Below the pieces are notes generated by a model, which ran no database searches, had not been told where the DNA came from, and saw only the letters and a list, made by a program, of their open reading frames with translations. A DNA stretch of 64,000 bases from Candidatus Doudnabacteria bacterium (GTDB lineage Bacteria > Patescibacteriota > Doudnabacteria > UBA920 > O2-02-FULL-48-8), in assembly GCA_016186915.1 (NCBI GenBank), contig JACPKU010000006.1, forward strand, positions 350,086 to 414,085, read 5' to 3'. Below, in pieces: positions 55,487-64,000 of the stretch. Both the position numbers and the translations under genes were made by a program. Each line of letters opens with the position of its first letter. Position 1 is the stretch's first letter.

Positions 55487-57319
55487 CTATTCCTTGCTTA
55501 CTCTTAGGACTTCTTCGATCGTGGTCTTGCCTTGTATGCTCTTAATAAATCCGTCTTGCCACATCAGGATCATGCCCTGTTCAATCGCCTTGTCCTGAAT
55601 CTGGCTCGTCGGCGCGTGCTTAAGAATCAAATCCTGAATGGCCGGACTAACTTCCAAGACTTCATAAATTCCCATTCGTCCTTTATACCCGGTGCTGCCG
55701 CATTTGTCGCAGCCTCGTCCTTTATAAAAAGTCAGATCAGCCAGGCTCTTTATTTTGGTTTCAACCACTTTTTCACGTTTAAGTATGCCAAGCAGACTTT
55801 CGATGTTATACTGCTGTTTTAGGCTTTCTTCAAATTCTTCGTCCACATGATATTCCTCTTTGCATTCTTGACAAACCTGCCGAGTGAGACGCTGGCCGAC
55901 CACGGCATTGATCGTAGAAGCAATCAAATAAGGCTCTACCCCAATGTCTAACAGTCTGGGCAAGGCTCCGGCGGCATTGTTGGTATGTAAGGTCGAAAGC
56001 ACGATGTGTCCGGTCAATGCGGCGTGCACCGCTTCCTCTGCTGTTTCTGCGTCCCGAATCTCCCCGATCATAATTATGTTCGGATCTTGGCGAAGCAGAG
56101 CTCTTAGACCCATGGCAAAGGTTAGACCGATTTTGGGATTAACCTGCATTTGATTAACGCCCATGACCCGGTATTCAATCGGATCTTCAATGGTCGAGAT
56201 GTTGACACCCTTGGTATTAAGCAGGGAAATAATCGTGTACAGCGTGGTGGACTTGCCGCTGCCGGTAGGACCGGTAACCAAAAGCGCGCCGTGTGGTTTT
56301 TTAACATTGCGCATTATGGTTTCGTAATTTCTGGCTATAAATCCCAGTTCTTCCAAGGTCATGGCCCGGGCGGATTCGTCAAGCAGGCGCATTACAACTT
56401 TTTCTCCGTCAAAAATCGGGATTACCGAAATACGAAAAGATATTTTGTAGTTATCTTTTTCGATCTTAAACCTGCCGTCCTGCGGAAGGCGATGCTCGTC
56501 AATTTTGAGGTTGCTGATCACCTTGATCCTGGCAATTAGCGCTGGCTGAATAACTTTGGGCAGAGTCATCACGTCATGCAACACACCGTCAATCCGATAC
56601 CTGACCATTACTTCTTTTTCCTGGGGTTCAATGTGGATGTCAGAGGCCTTTTCAAAAATTGCGTATTCCAGGAGTGTGTCCACCACTCTGACCACAGGAA
56701 TTTCTTCCGCCATCTCTTGCAGTTTTTGCGTAACATTTTTAGGCTCTTTTTTATCATCTTTTTCCTGACGGGAAATAATCTTGGCGAACTCCGCCTCCAA
56801 CGAGGTATGGTATTGCTTCAGCCCCCACTCTAAAGAAGATTTGGAAGTCAAAAACGGTGCAACCTGCAGGTCGGTCTTTTTCTTAATCGCCTCTCGAGTC
56901 TGCAGATCATCCGGATCAATCATGGCCAAATTCAGCTTGTCTTTTTCCTTGGCGAACGCAATCACGCCATAACGCCGAGCAATCGGCTCGGGAACCAAAA
57001 ACAATACCTCTTTGGGAATTTGAGCGATGTCTTTTAGATCAACATATTGCACATCCAAAAACCCCGCTGTAATCTGGGAGAGTTTCTCCTCCTCCACAAT
57101 TTTTTTGTCGATCAACAAAGAAGCCACGTTCTGTTTCTTTGCGTGGGCTTCTGAAACAAGCTCTTCCCAGGCTTTGCTGGAAATAACTTTTTTAGCAACC
57201 AATGATTTTTTTAGTGTTCCTTCGTCTAACACTTTCTTGTTTGATTTTAATATCTGTTTCTTTTCACTAAGACTCGCCAATTTCACTTTAATTATAAAAG
57301 AATTGACCTGATTTGTCAA
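55487..57319 (-). CDS. pilB: Type IV pilus assembly ATPase PilB (GspE family) with N-terminal GSPII_E_N domain and tetracysteine motif
   Basis: Walker A GPTGSGKST, Asp box, His box, CQECKEEY...CDKCGSTGYKGR. Confidence 0.92.
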   Translation of the reverse strand: MTNQVNSFIIKVKLASLSEKKQILKSNKKVLDEGTLKKSLVAKKVISSKAWEELVSEAHAKKQNVASLLIDKKIVEEEKLSQITAGFLDVQYVDLKDIAQIPKEVLFLVPEPIARRYGVIAFAKEKDKLNLAMIDPDDLQTREAIKKKTDLQVAPFLTSKSSLEWGLKQYHTSLEAEFAKIISRQEKDDKKEPKNVTQKLQEMAEEIPVVRVVDTLLEYAIFEKASDIHIEPQEKEVMVRYRIDGVLHDVMTLPKVIQPALIARIKVISNLKIDEHRLPQDGRFKIEKDNYKISFRISVIPIFDGEKVVMRLLDESARAMTLEELGFIARNYETIMRNVKKPHGALLVTGPTGSGKSTTLYTIISLLNTKGVNISTIEDPIEYRVMGVNQMQVNPKIGLTFAMGLRALLRQDPNIIMIGEIRDAETAEEAVHAALTGHIVLSTLHTNNAAGALPRLLDIGVEPYLIASTINAVVGQRLTRQVCQECKEEYHVDEEFEESLKQQYNIESLLGILKREKVVETKIKSLADLTFYKGRGCDKCGSTGYKGRMGIYEVLEVSPAIQDLILKHAPTSQIQDKAIEQGMILMWQDGFIKSIQGKTTIEEVLRVSKE

Positions 57320-57773
57320 AAAACCTCTTTGGCAATTCTAACCTGAAGTGCAACCGCCGACTGGGCAAAGACGAATCAACTGTTAGTCGAGAAATCAGTC
57401 GTAACAAGAACACGGCAGGAAAATATACAGCCGGATTAGCAGACCAAGCATCACGGAAACGGAGAATTTCCGGCAAGCGCAAGAGTCGGAAACTGATTAA
57501 GGATAAACAATTAAGACGGGCGGTGTTGTCACTGCTTAAGAAAAAGAAACCGGCATAACAATATATTTTGCCTATCCCTACCACAGCTGGGAACGGGGCG
57601 CTAACGAAAACTTTAATGGCCTACTTCGGCAATACTTTCCTAAGGGAATACCCTTTGCTACAATTACCCAAAAGGGTGTTGATCGGGCAGTCCGTGAATT
57701 AAATCATCGTTCCAGAAAACGGTTAAACTATCTAACTCTATATGAGGTCTTTGTTAAAGGCATGAAGCCTTAA
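57313..57773 (+). mobile_element. IS30-family transposase remnant: N-terminal HTH fragment (TTG start, frame 1) and C-terminal fragment (PYHSWERGANENFNGLLRQYFPKG..., frame 0), DDE core deleted
   Basis: Own translation of both frames; hallmark IS30 motifs STVSREISRN and PWERG-NEN-NGL-RQY-PKG. Confidence 0.7.
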
Positions 57774-57817
57774 ACCAGTTGCGATTCAGTTTGGAAAGTA
57801 GGCTACCGTACATACGT

Positions 57818-57850
57818 ACATAAAAACAGCGACCGCTAAATTTATGTTAA
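57818..57850. repeat. 33-bp direct repeat copy 1 (acataaaaacagcgaccgctaaatttatgttaa) containing palindrome AGCGaCCGCT
   Basis: Matches 58458-58490 at 29/33 positions. Confidence 0.75.
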
Positions 57851-58395
57851 GTGGGGAGATCAAAAAACTTCATCAAATCTGTCTGCCTGTCAATGCTTTC
57901 CGCCGTGATCAATCGAACAAACGGCCTGATTTCATAGGCCTCCTTCATTAGGTCAACTTCTTCCAATATTTCATAAGGCCAAACCCAGACACTTTTTTGC
58001 AATTGATACAAGCCTAACAGTTTAAGTTTTTGCGCGAAGACCAATCGGCGAAACTTAAACTTTTCCGGAACATCAAAGATCACGATGCGCCATTTACCAT
58101 CCCATTTCTTAGGCCTCGTCAATTGCAGCTCTCCTAAGCGAAACTTTTCTAACCTTATTTTCCCTTTTTCCGTGAGCATCACCAGATTACCATTAGGCGT
58201 TTTTTTAACAGTGATCAGGCCGCTGCGCTTGGCATAATCAAAGGCTCTTTTTGCTTGTGGTTGCTTATACCCTCGAGATTTAAGTAAACCAAGTGCTGAA
58301 AAAAGATTAGGCGCCGTTGCCGCGACTATGATTACCCCCGCCAGTCCAATCCCTATTAATAAATATTTTAAAACCTCGGTCCCTTTTATTCTCAT
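57847..58395 (-). CDS. Hypothetical membrane-anchored protein (PaaX-like C-terminal region, SVWVWPYE)
   Basis: 182-aa ORF lying exactly between the 33-bp direct repeats. Confidence 0.35.
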   Translation of the reverse strand: MRIKGTEVLKYLLIGIGLAGVIIVAATAPNLFSALGLLKSRGYKQPQAKRAFDYAKRSGLITVKKTPNGNLVMLTEKGKIRLEKFRLGELQLTRPKKWDGKWRIVIFDVPEKFKFRRLVFAQKLKLLGLYQLQKSVWVWPYEILEEVDLMKEAYEIRPFVRLITAESIDRQTDLMKFFDLPT

Positions 58396-58457
58396 ATATT
58401 GTTTAATTTTCGATCAATGCTCGCTTATTAGTATTCTGTAATCCCCTGACCCATGTG

Positions 58458-58490
58458 ACATAATTTTAGCGACCGCTAAAATTATGTCAA
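58458..58490. repeat. 33-bp direct repeat copy 2 (acataattttagcgaccgctaaaattatgtcaa)
   Basis: See copy 1. Confidence 0.75.
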
Positions 58491-58688
58491 TAGACAAATC
58501 CCTTTGCTGATCTTTTTAGCCTTGTAATATCCTTAATGCTTTTTATATCTATATACGACAGTGTTCCGGTAGACCAGGGTCAAGTTGTAAAAAATATTAA
58601 CCCCCAAGACTGGTCAGAGGCCAGAGTCACCTACTAAGAAAATTTTAAAAGACTCCCCTTAGAAAGGGGAGTCTTTTCGATTATGCCT

Positions 58689-61600
58689 TTACTCCACCAA
58701 GCCGCCGTCTTCGTATTTCCCGGTTAAAGCAGCTGGAATGGCGTTTTCGGTTTTGTAACCGCGGAATGACAGATCTTCGCGGGAGGAGAACTTCTTCGCC
58801 TGCCCATCCGAAATCAGGTAGTAACTGCCTCCATCGTAGACCAAGGTGCCATCTCGGAATTTGACCAAGGCGCCTTCCGTTAAGGCATTGTCCGCGTCAT
58901 TGCCTGTCACAATCTTGCCCCAGTCAAAGCCATAGGTGTTGAATACGGCTTCAGATTCAAAGCCTTGGCGGGTGTTGCCTTTCACCCACCAGACTGTAAC
59001 TCCGTCGGAACCCAAGACTAAGGCGCCGTCTGGGTGAGAAAGGCTTGAGTCTTCGACAGGGTCCCCGGCTGGATAGTCAGTCAGATCAATCATGGGAAGG
59101 TTTTCGAAGTTGTAGCCTAATTGGGTAAAGACTGTCTCGGAGGTAAAGCCGCGCTTGGTGGCACCGGTGCCAATCATATAGACAGTAACCCCATCGGAGG
59201 CGTCCAAGACCAGGGTGCCTTCCAAGGCTTTTTGCACGAATTCTGCTTGCGGCAAGGCCATGTCTTGGGCATTGGCTGCCACGGCCTGGCCGAAATTGTA
59301 GCCATGCGAGAGGTATTCCGCTTCTTTTCTAAAGCCTGTTCTTTGGCCATTCTTAATCAGCCAGACGGTGCCATTGTCCAAGACTAAGGTGCCGTTGGGG
59401 TGCGCGCCGGCAGAGCCGGTAGCAGGCGTGGAAGTTTCGCTGGGAGTATCCGTGGTCGGAGTCGTGGTGGGAGTGGGTGTCGCCACCGCACCGCCACCTC
59501 CTCCGCCACCTCCTCCGCCTCCGCTGGTAAGAACAACAACCGATACGGCACTGCTGGCCGCTGACTCGTCTCCGGTTGAATTAAGAGCGCTGACCTTAAA
59601 GTAATAAGTCGAGCCGGCAGCCAAACTGGTGGCAGTAGTTGAAGTATCCGACACAGCCTTTAGGAACGGGAAACTGGAATTATCGCTTGATTGGTAGACA
59701 TTGTAAGTACTGGCTCCGGATACAGCTGTCCAACTTAAGTTAACCGAACTGGTCGAGATAGCAGTTCCAGCAAGCCCAGTTGGGGTTGCTGGCGGCGCCC
59801 CGCCGGAAGCAACCAATGGAGCAAAATCAGATAAGTGCTCCACCGTGGCAGTCAATGTATTCAAGGTTGTATCAACCGTGGTCGCCAGAGTGTCATAGGT
59901 TTGATTGGCATCATTCCAAACACCAATGACCAGCGAAGCTTCACTTGTACCAGCCGGTAAATCCGCTTCAGTATATGGAATAGTGATGGTAATTTCATCG
60001 TTCAAGCTGGAAATCGGCGAGCCGTCAGCACCCACCGCGTCAATTGATACCGCGTTTTTCTTCAAGATGGCCCCGACCGGAGGATTCGGCATAGCGGTAT
60101 TGACTTTGGTCGTAACTGTGGCCGCGTTAGAGCCAGTCCCCAGGGAGTTTGCCGGAAAATTTACGTTGAACCCAGTTCCAATATCAGTGTTGGTCACGAA
60201 TCCTCCGGAAGTCGGAGTGATTGTTTCCGGCCGTTCTGCATAAATGGTAAAGCCGGAAATCGCGGTTAACGCAAGATTTTGATCTGTTGGGCTATTGCTT
60301 GCGACGGTGACTGGCAGGGGGCCCCCTTCGTAGCCGTGGCTATGCGCCCTAATCGTCCAGGTGCCGTTGTCCACGTTTAAGGTATAAGCACCCGCGGCAT
60401 TAGTCTGGGCGACCGCGTAGCCGCCATTGCCATCAGACGCGTCAACAAAGGCATTAGATACTCCGCTACCGTCAACTGTTATTGTGCCGGTAATGGTCCG
60501 AGCGGCAGTGGTTAAGGCAATGGTGCCCACGTCAACAGTAGCGGTGGTAACCGTGGCCGTGCTTTCCGCCGGAGATTTGTAGCCTGGCTTGTCGGCGCGG
60601 ACTCGATAGGTTCCGGGCGGCACGTTGATGCTGAAGGTACCGTTGGCAATGGTTTGCGCGCCCAAGAACACCGTGTTGGTTTGCCCGGTTGGCGTGCCAT
60701 TCAAAGACACCCAAGCGCCAGAGAGAGCTACTGCGTCTCCAGTTACCGTGCCGGTCACCGCGTATAATTGTTTGGAACTGCCGACATTGTAAGTAATAGT
60801 TTGCGTAGTGCTGACGGCGGTGGTTGTTCCTAGACTGCCGTAAGCCGGATGTCCGGCGCGGACCGTGTATGTTCCCGGCGGGACGACAACGGTATAAACA
60901 GCGTTGGCGCCCGTGGTGGTGGAAGTCGAGGTAAAGTTGCCGCGGCCGTTGGAATCCCGAACTTCAACGCCGGCGTTGGCAATGGCATTCGTGCCGTCAG
61001 TAATATTGACTGTAATCGTAATAGGAGCGGCGAGCGCGCAAGCCGAGGCTTCGGTTGTGCCACCGGTAGTCACCACTACCCCCGTAATCGGCGTAGATTC
61101 ACCAACCCCAGGAAAGAAACATTTTATGCTGTAAGTTCCAGCCGGCACTTTCATGGTGTAAACGCCGTCAGAGCCGGTGATAACCATATTGCCGGAGGAT
61201 TGATCGGAGTTTTCAGCGCGCACCATAACTCCCTGCACTCCTACCGTGGCTTGAGTTGCTGAACCGGTAATTGTTCCGATAGATAATGTTTGAGCCGAGA
61301 AATCCTGGCCAGTGGCATTGGACGTGGTAATCGTAATGGTCTTGGTTCCCAATCGTCCGAATCCAGGAGCAAACGCTTCCACCACCCAAGTGCCGGCCGT
61401 GACATACAAGGTGTATGCGCCATTGGCGTCAGTGGGCCCGCCCACAAAGTTGCCGCTATCTCCCCCAACCGCCGTGGTATTGGTAGTGGAAACGACTTTG
61501 CGGCCGCTTACACCAGCGTAAGGAATGGCATTGCCGGAGTCGTCTTTAATCGTACCGGTTATAGATAGGCTGGTAGAAGCATCCAGCACGAAAGCCAGAG

Positions 61601-64000
61601 TGGTCGGAGTGTTGGCGGCAGCGCCGACGGTAATTTGCTTTTCCGAAACCGGCGGCATGCCTGGCTTAAACACTCCGCAGAGATAGACTCCTTCTATCGT
61701 TTTGAGGGTGAATGCGCCGCTGGTATTGGTCTGTCCACCAGTACCGAAACCGCCCGATGTACCGCCAGTCGTTGATGTTGAAACCGGCCGGCAAAATACG
61801 CCGGCACTGGATACTCCCGTACCGCCTGAATCAACCACTGTTCCGGTAATGGTTTTATCGGCTGTTGATAGGGTGAAGTTTTTGCCAGTTACGCTCACAG
61901 CAGCCACTGCTACCTGAATGTTTGGCGGAGGCATGAAAGTAAAGTCCGGCGGCGGCGGCGGCGGCGCTCCCGGGGTAAAGAATGTTTCTGCAATGAAAGG
62001 ACCGACTCCGACATTGTAGCTAGCGTTAGGAGTTACCGGCAAAGAATAGGCATCAGCGCCTCCGGTCAAGGTCACCGTTTTTTTGGTAAAACCATATTGA
62101 GAAGAAGCAAAAACATCCACCTTGGTGCCATTGGCCCCGGTGATAGTTCCAGAAATAGTAATGGCTGCGGCATTGCTTAGAGCGAAATTCTTGGTTAAGC
62201 TTGTGGCCGAAACTGTAAATGGCTGGGGCGCGGAATTGAAAGCGACATCGATCGTAGCATTCGGCTTGATACCAATCATATACTCGCCGTCAGCCAAGCT
62301 TGTGAATGTTGCCACACCGTCAATCGTGCTATTGGCTGTAGTTGCTTCCTGTCCTCCGGTTGCTGGACTGAACAGATAAACTGTCACCCCATTAATACCT
62401 TCGCCAGCGTTGTTGGTGCCATTGGAATTGGCATCTTTAAATACGTTCACGGTCAACGTCCTTGACCCTGCCTGACCCAAGTAGAAAGGCGCGGCCGTCA
62501 AGGTTTGCAGAGCCACCCCGGAAGCATCTTTGGTTTGAATAGTGACTGTGTAGCCGGATGATGACGGCACAGTGGAGTTGACGATGTTAATAAGGTCAAT
62601 ACACATAAACGAATTAGTCCCGGTCGCTGCGGTATTGGTGGTGATTGTTACGGTGCCCGCATCATTGTTGCCGGCTACGCTGGCAATACCAACCGTGCCG
62701 CTGGCCAGCATATTTATGTCGCCGTTACAGCCGCTATTGGCCACTGCCATCTTGTCAGCGGAAGCCAGGGTAAAGCCTGCCGGGAAAGTCAGCACAATTG
62801 ATCCGCCGGAAGGGATGGAAGTGCCGGCCAAAAAATTGACCGTATAATTGGACGTCGCTCCCGCGGCTTTGGACATAGGTGTCACCCTAGTCGGGTTCAT
62901 ACCCTGCGCGCCCGGATCAATCGTGCCACCCCCGGGACCGATTTGTCCGCCGGTTGTAGAAGAATCCTGCACCACGCCCTGGGAAACATTCTTCACCGGC
63001 GTGCCGGTGTTATCCATAGCATTGCCGGCCAAGTCTTGGGCATTTATCGCCACGGTGATTGAGAAGCGGTTGCCGTTAACCAACGATAGACCAGTAATGC
63101 GGGCAGTTCTGGTGCCAGCCTCATAAGTTACTGTCTTGCCGCCCAAACCAACCGAGGTTAAAGAAGGCGCATCAGCGGCTCCGGTGGCCAAGGTATAGTT
63201 GCTGATATTATCAACCGCGTTCGGCCCGCCGCCACTCTTCATGCTTTCGTTGAATGTCACCGCCACGCTAAAGTTATCAGCATTGCTGAAGGTGACAAAC
63301 GGCTTGGCTGTGTCAGCCGTGGCCGTGGTTGTGAATGCGGAAGTATAGTTGGCGGCCAAGGCGTTGGCGGATAAATCTTTTGCCCGCGGGTCGCTGGCAC
63401 CGCCTAGGATGGTAAAGGTATAACCGGTGTTGGCCTCCAGCGCCACAGATGGACTAAAGTTTACCGATCGGCTGTTGGGATTGTAGTTAACGTTGCCAGT
63501 AACAGCAGCGCTGTTGCTGGTTTTCTTAAGCGTAACAGTAGTGCCCGAAATGGTTGAAGGATCCATGTCTTCCGAAAAACCGGCTGTGACTATAGCGCCC
63601 AGACTGATTCCGGTCGCGGCATTGGCTGGAGACACGCCAAGCACGGTCGGCGCGGTCGTGTCCGCGGCGCCAGAAGGAGTTCTGAATGACAAGAAATATG
63701 GTGCCGACAAGGCCGCGGTCGTAGTAGAGGTAGCTGTGGTATTAACCTTGACAATATATCCGGTCGCGGCAGTCAGCGTTGCAGGAGTTAGGGTGACTGT
63801 TTTGGAAGCCGAGTCATAAGCTTTGGTGGTAGTTACCGGTGTGCCAGGCGCGCCATTGACATCGGTAAACAAACCAATGTTGGCGTCAGCTATAATTGAA
63901 CCACTGCCGCTTGCGGCCATGTCCACGCTGAACGTCAGCCTGATTGGCGCGCCAATCGGATGATTTTGTGAACCCGATTGCGGCTGGCTGGATTGGACAA
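58689..64000 (-). CDS. Giant cell-surface protein (>1769 aa, N-terminus beyond window): S-layer-type Ig-like domains, ~8 carboxypeptidase-regulatory-like/transthyretin-like repeats, Pro-rich segment, Fn3 domain, poly-Gly linker, four ~55-aa C-terminal repeats
   Basis: Reading frame stays open to 64000; domain signatures read from translation (DTTAPTV Ig-like; ITGTV..G..A.V repeats; Fn3 WTAVSGASTYNVY; GGGGGGGGGGG). Confidence 0.8.
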   Translation of the reverse strand, partial: VQSSQPQSGSQNHPIGAPIRLTFSVDMAASGSGSIIADANIGLFTDVNGAPGTPVTTTKAYDSASKTVTLTPATLTAATGYIVKVNTTATSTTTAALSAPYFLSFRTPSGAADTTAPTVLGVSPANAATGISLGAIVTAGFSEDMDPSTISGTTVTLKKTSNSAAVTGNVNYNPNSRSVNFSPSVALEANTGYTFTILGGASDPRAKDLSANALAANYTSAFTTTATADTAKPFVTFSNADNFSVAVTFNESMKSGGGPNAVDNISNYTLATGAADAPSLTSVGLGGKTVTYEAGTRTARITGLSLVNGNRFSITVAINAQDLAGNAMDNTGTPVKNVSQGVVQDSSTTGGQIGPGGGTIDPGAQGMNPTRVTPMSKAAGATSNYTVNFLAGTSIPSGGSIVLTFPAGFTLASADKMAVANSGCNGDINMLASGTVGIASVAGNNDAGTVTITTNTAATGTNSFMCIDLINIVNSTVPSSSGYTVTIQTKDASGVALQTLTAAPFYLGQAGSRTLTVNVFKDANSNGTNNAGEGINGVTVYLFSPATGGQEATTANSTIDGVATFTSLADGEYMIGIKPNATIDVAFNSAPQPFTVSATSLTKNFALSNAAAITISGTITGANGTKVDVFASSQYGFTKKTVTLTGGADAYSLPVTPNASYNVGVGPFIAETFFTPGAPPPPPPDFTFMPPPNIQVAVAAVSVTGKNFTLSTADKTITGTVVDSGGTGVSSAGVFCRPVSTSTTGGTSGGFGTGGQTNTSGAFTLKTIEGVYLCGVFKPGMPPVSEKQITVGAAANTPTTLAFVLDASTSLSITGTIKDDSGNAIPYAGVSGRKVVSTTNTTAVGGDSGNFVGGPTDANGAYTLYVTAGTWVVEAFAPGFGRLGTKTITITTSNATGQDFSAQTLSIGTITGSATQATVGVQGVMVRAENSDQSSGNMVITGSDGVYTMKVPAGTYSIKCFFPGVGESTPITGVVVTTGGTTEASACALAAPITITVNITDGTNAIANAGVEVRDSNGRGNFTSTSTTTGANAVYTVVVPPGTYTVRAGHPAYGSLGTTTAVSTTQTITYNVGSSKQLYAVTGTVTGDAVALSGAWVSLNGTPTGQTNTVFLGAQTIANGTFSINVPPGTYRVRADKPGYKSPAESTATVTTATVDVGTIALTTAARTITGTITVDGSGVSNAFVDASDGNGGYAVAQTNAAGAYTLNVDNGTWTIRAHSHGYEGGPLPVTVASNSPTDQNLALTAISGFTIYAERPETITPTSGGFVTNTDIGTGFNVNFPANSLGTGSNAATVTTKVNTAMPNPPVGAILKKNAVSIDAVGADGSPISSLNDEITITIPYTEADLPAGTSEASLVIGVWNDANQTYDTLATTVDTTLNTLTATVEHLSDFAPLVASGGAPPATPTGLAGTAISTSSVNLSWTAVSGASTYNVYQSSDNSSFPFLKAVSDTSTTATSLAAGSTYYFKVSALNSTGDESAASSAVSVVVLTSGGGGGGGGGGGAVATPTPTTTPTTDTPSETSTPATGSAGAHPNGTLVLDNGTVWLIKNGQRTGFRKEAEYLSHGYNFGQAVAANAQDMALPQAEFVQKALEGTLVLDASDGVTVYMIGTGATKRGFTSETVFTQLGYNFENLPMIDLTDYPAGDPVEDSSLSHPDGALVLGSDGVTVWWVKGNTRQGFESEAVFNTYGFDWGKIVTGNDADNALTEGALVKFRDGTLVYDGGSYYLISDGQAKKFSSREDLSFRGYKTENAIPAALTGKYEDGGLVE

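Noticed and set aside
59368-59604. 78-aa + strand ORF with a poly-Pro run
   Set aside because: It is the antisense translation of the poly-Gly linker of the giant surface protein.

Overview
This 64-kb window looks like a small-genome monoderm bacterium (possibly a CPR/Patescibacteria-like organism; this is inference), using the standard genetic code with TGA as a stop. Base composition is strongly mosaic, with ~60% GC blocks beside ~35% GC blocks.

Housekeeping and RNA genes:
- The rpsO-pnp operon (ribosomal protein S15 and polynucleotide phosphorylase).
- A XerC/D-type recombinase next to a GC-rich hypothetical gene.
- An ABC exporter with an upstream lipoprotein.
- A cold-shock protein and a DEAD-box helicase.
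- Cytidine deaminase, NAD kinase, a Crp/Fnr regulator and homoserine dehydrogenase.
- Four tRNAs: Arg-TCT, His-GTG with an encoded G-1, Arg-TCG and Lys-CTT.

Accessory and regulatory content:
- An AT-rich island encoding an 852-aa secreted lipase-like alpha/beta hydrolase.
- A tRNA-His locus carrying a GIY-YIG nuclease remnant, a 22-bp duplicate of the tRNA 3' half and CCGAC/GTCGG palindromes.
- Two ArsR-controlled thiol-redox modules, with glutaredoxin-like, TlpA and CcdA proteins.
- A riboflavin operon ribE-ribH-ribB-ribA under an FMN riboswitch, flanked by two mosaic paralogous YjeF_N (nnr) genes.
- A metal/redox island: ArsR, a 37-aa CxxC/His-rich peptide, two FMN reductases, a disulfide oxidoreductase, a CsoR-CopB copper efflux pair, DUF1573, a second CcdA, DUF3105, BdbC/DsbA and a ZIP transporter.
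- A complete type IV pilus operon, pilB-pilC-pseudopilins-pilM-pilN-pilO.
- An IS30 transposase remnant and a cassette flanked by 33-bp direct repeats.
- A giant surface protein of more than 1,769 aa that runs off the window edge.

The most unusual signals:
- Recurrent tandem heptanucleotide repeats: in the leader and ribosome-binding region of a pseudopilin gene, in frame inside copB, and in the pilB-pilC intergenic region.
- Operators centred on promoters: the CsoR palindrome fills the -35/-10 spacer, and the ArsR palindromes overlap the -10 box and the start codon.
- An undescribed C-terminal four-repeat module on the giant surface protein.

No CRISPR array, rRNA or obvious defence system was found.
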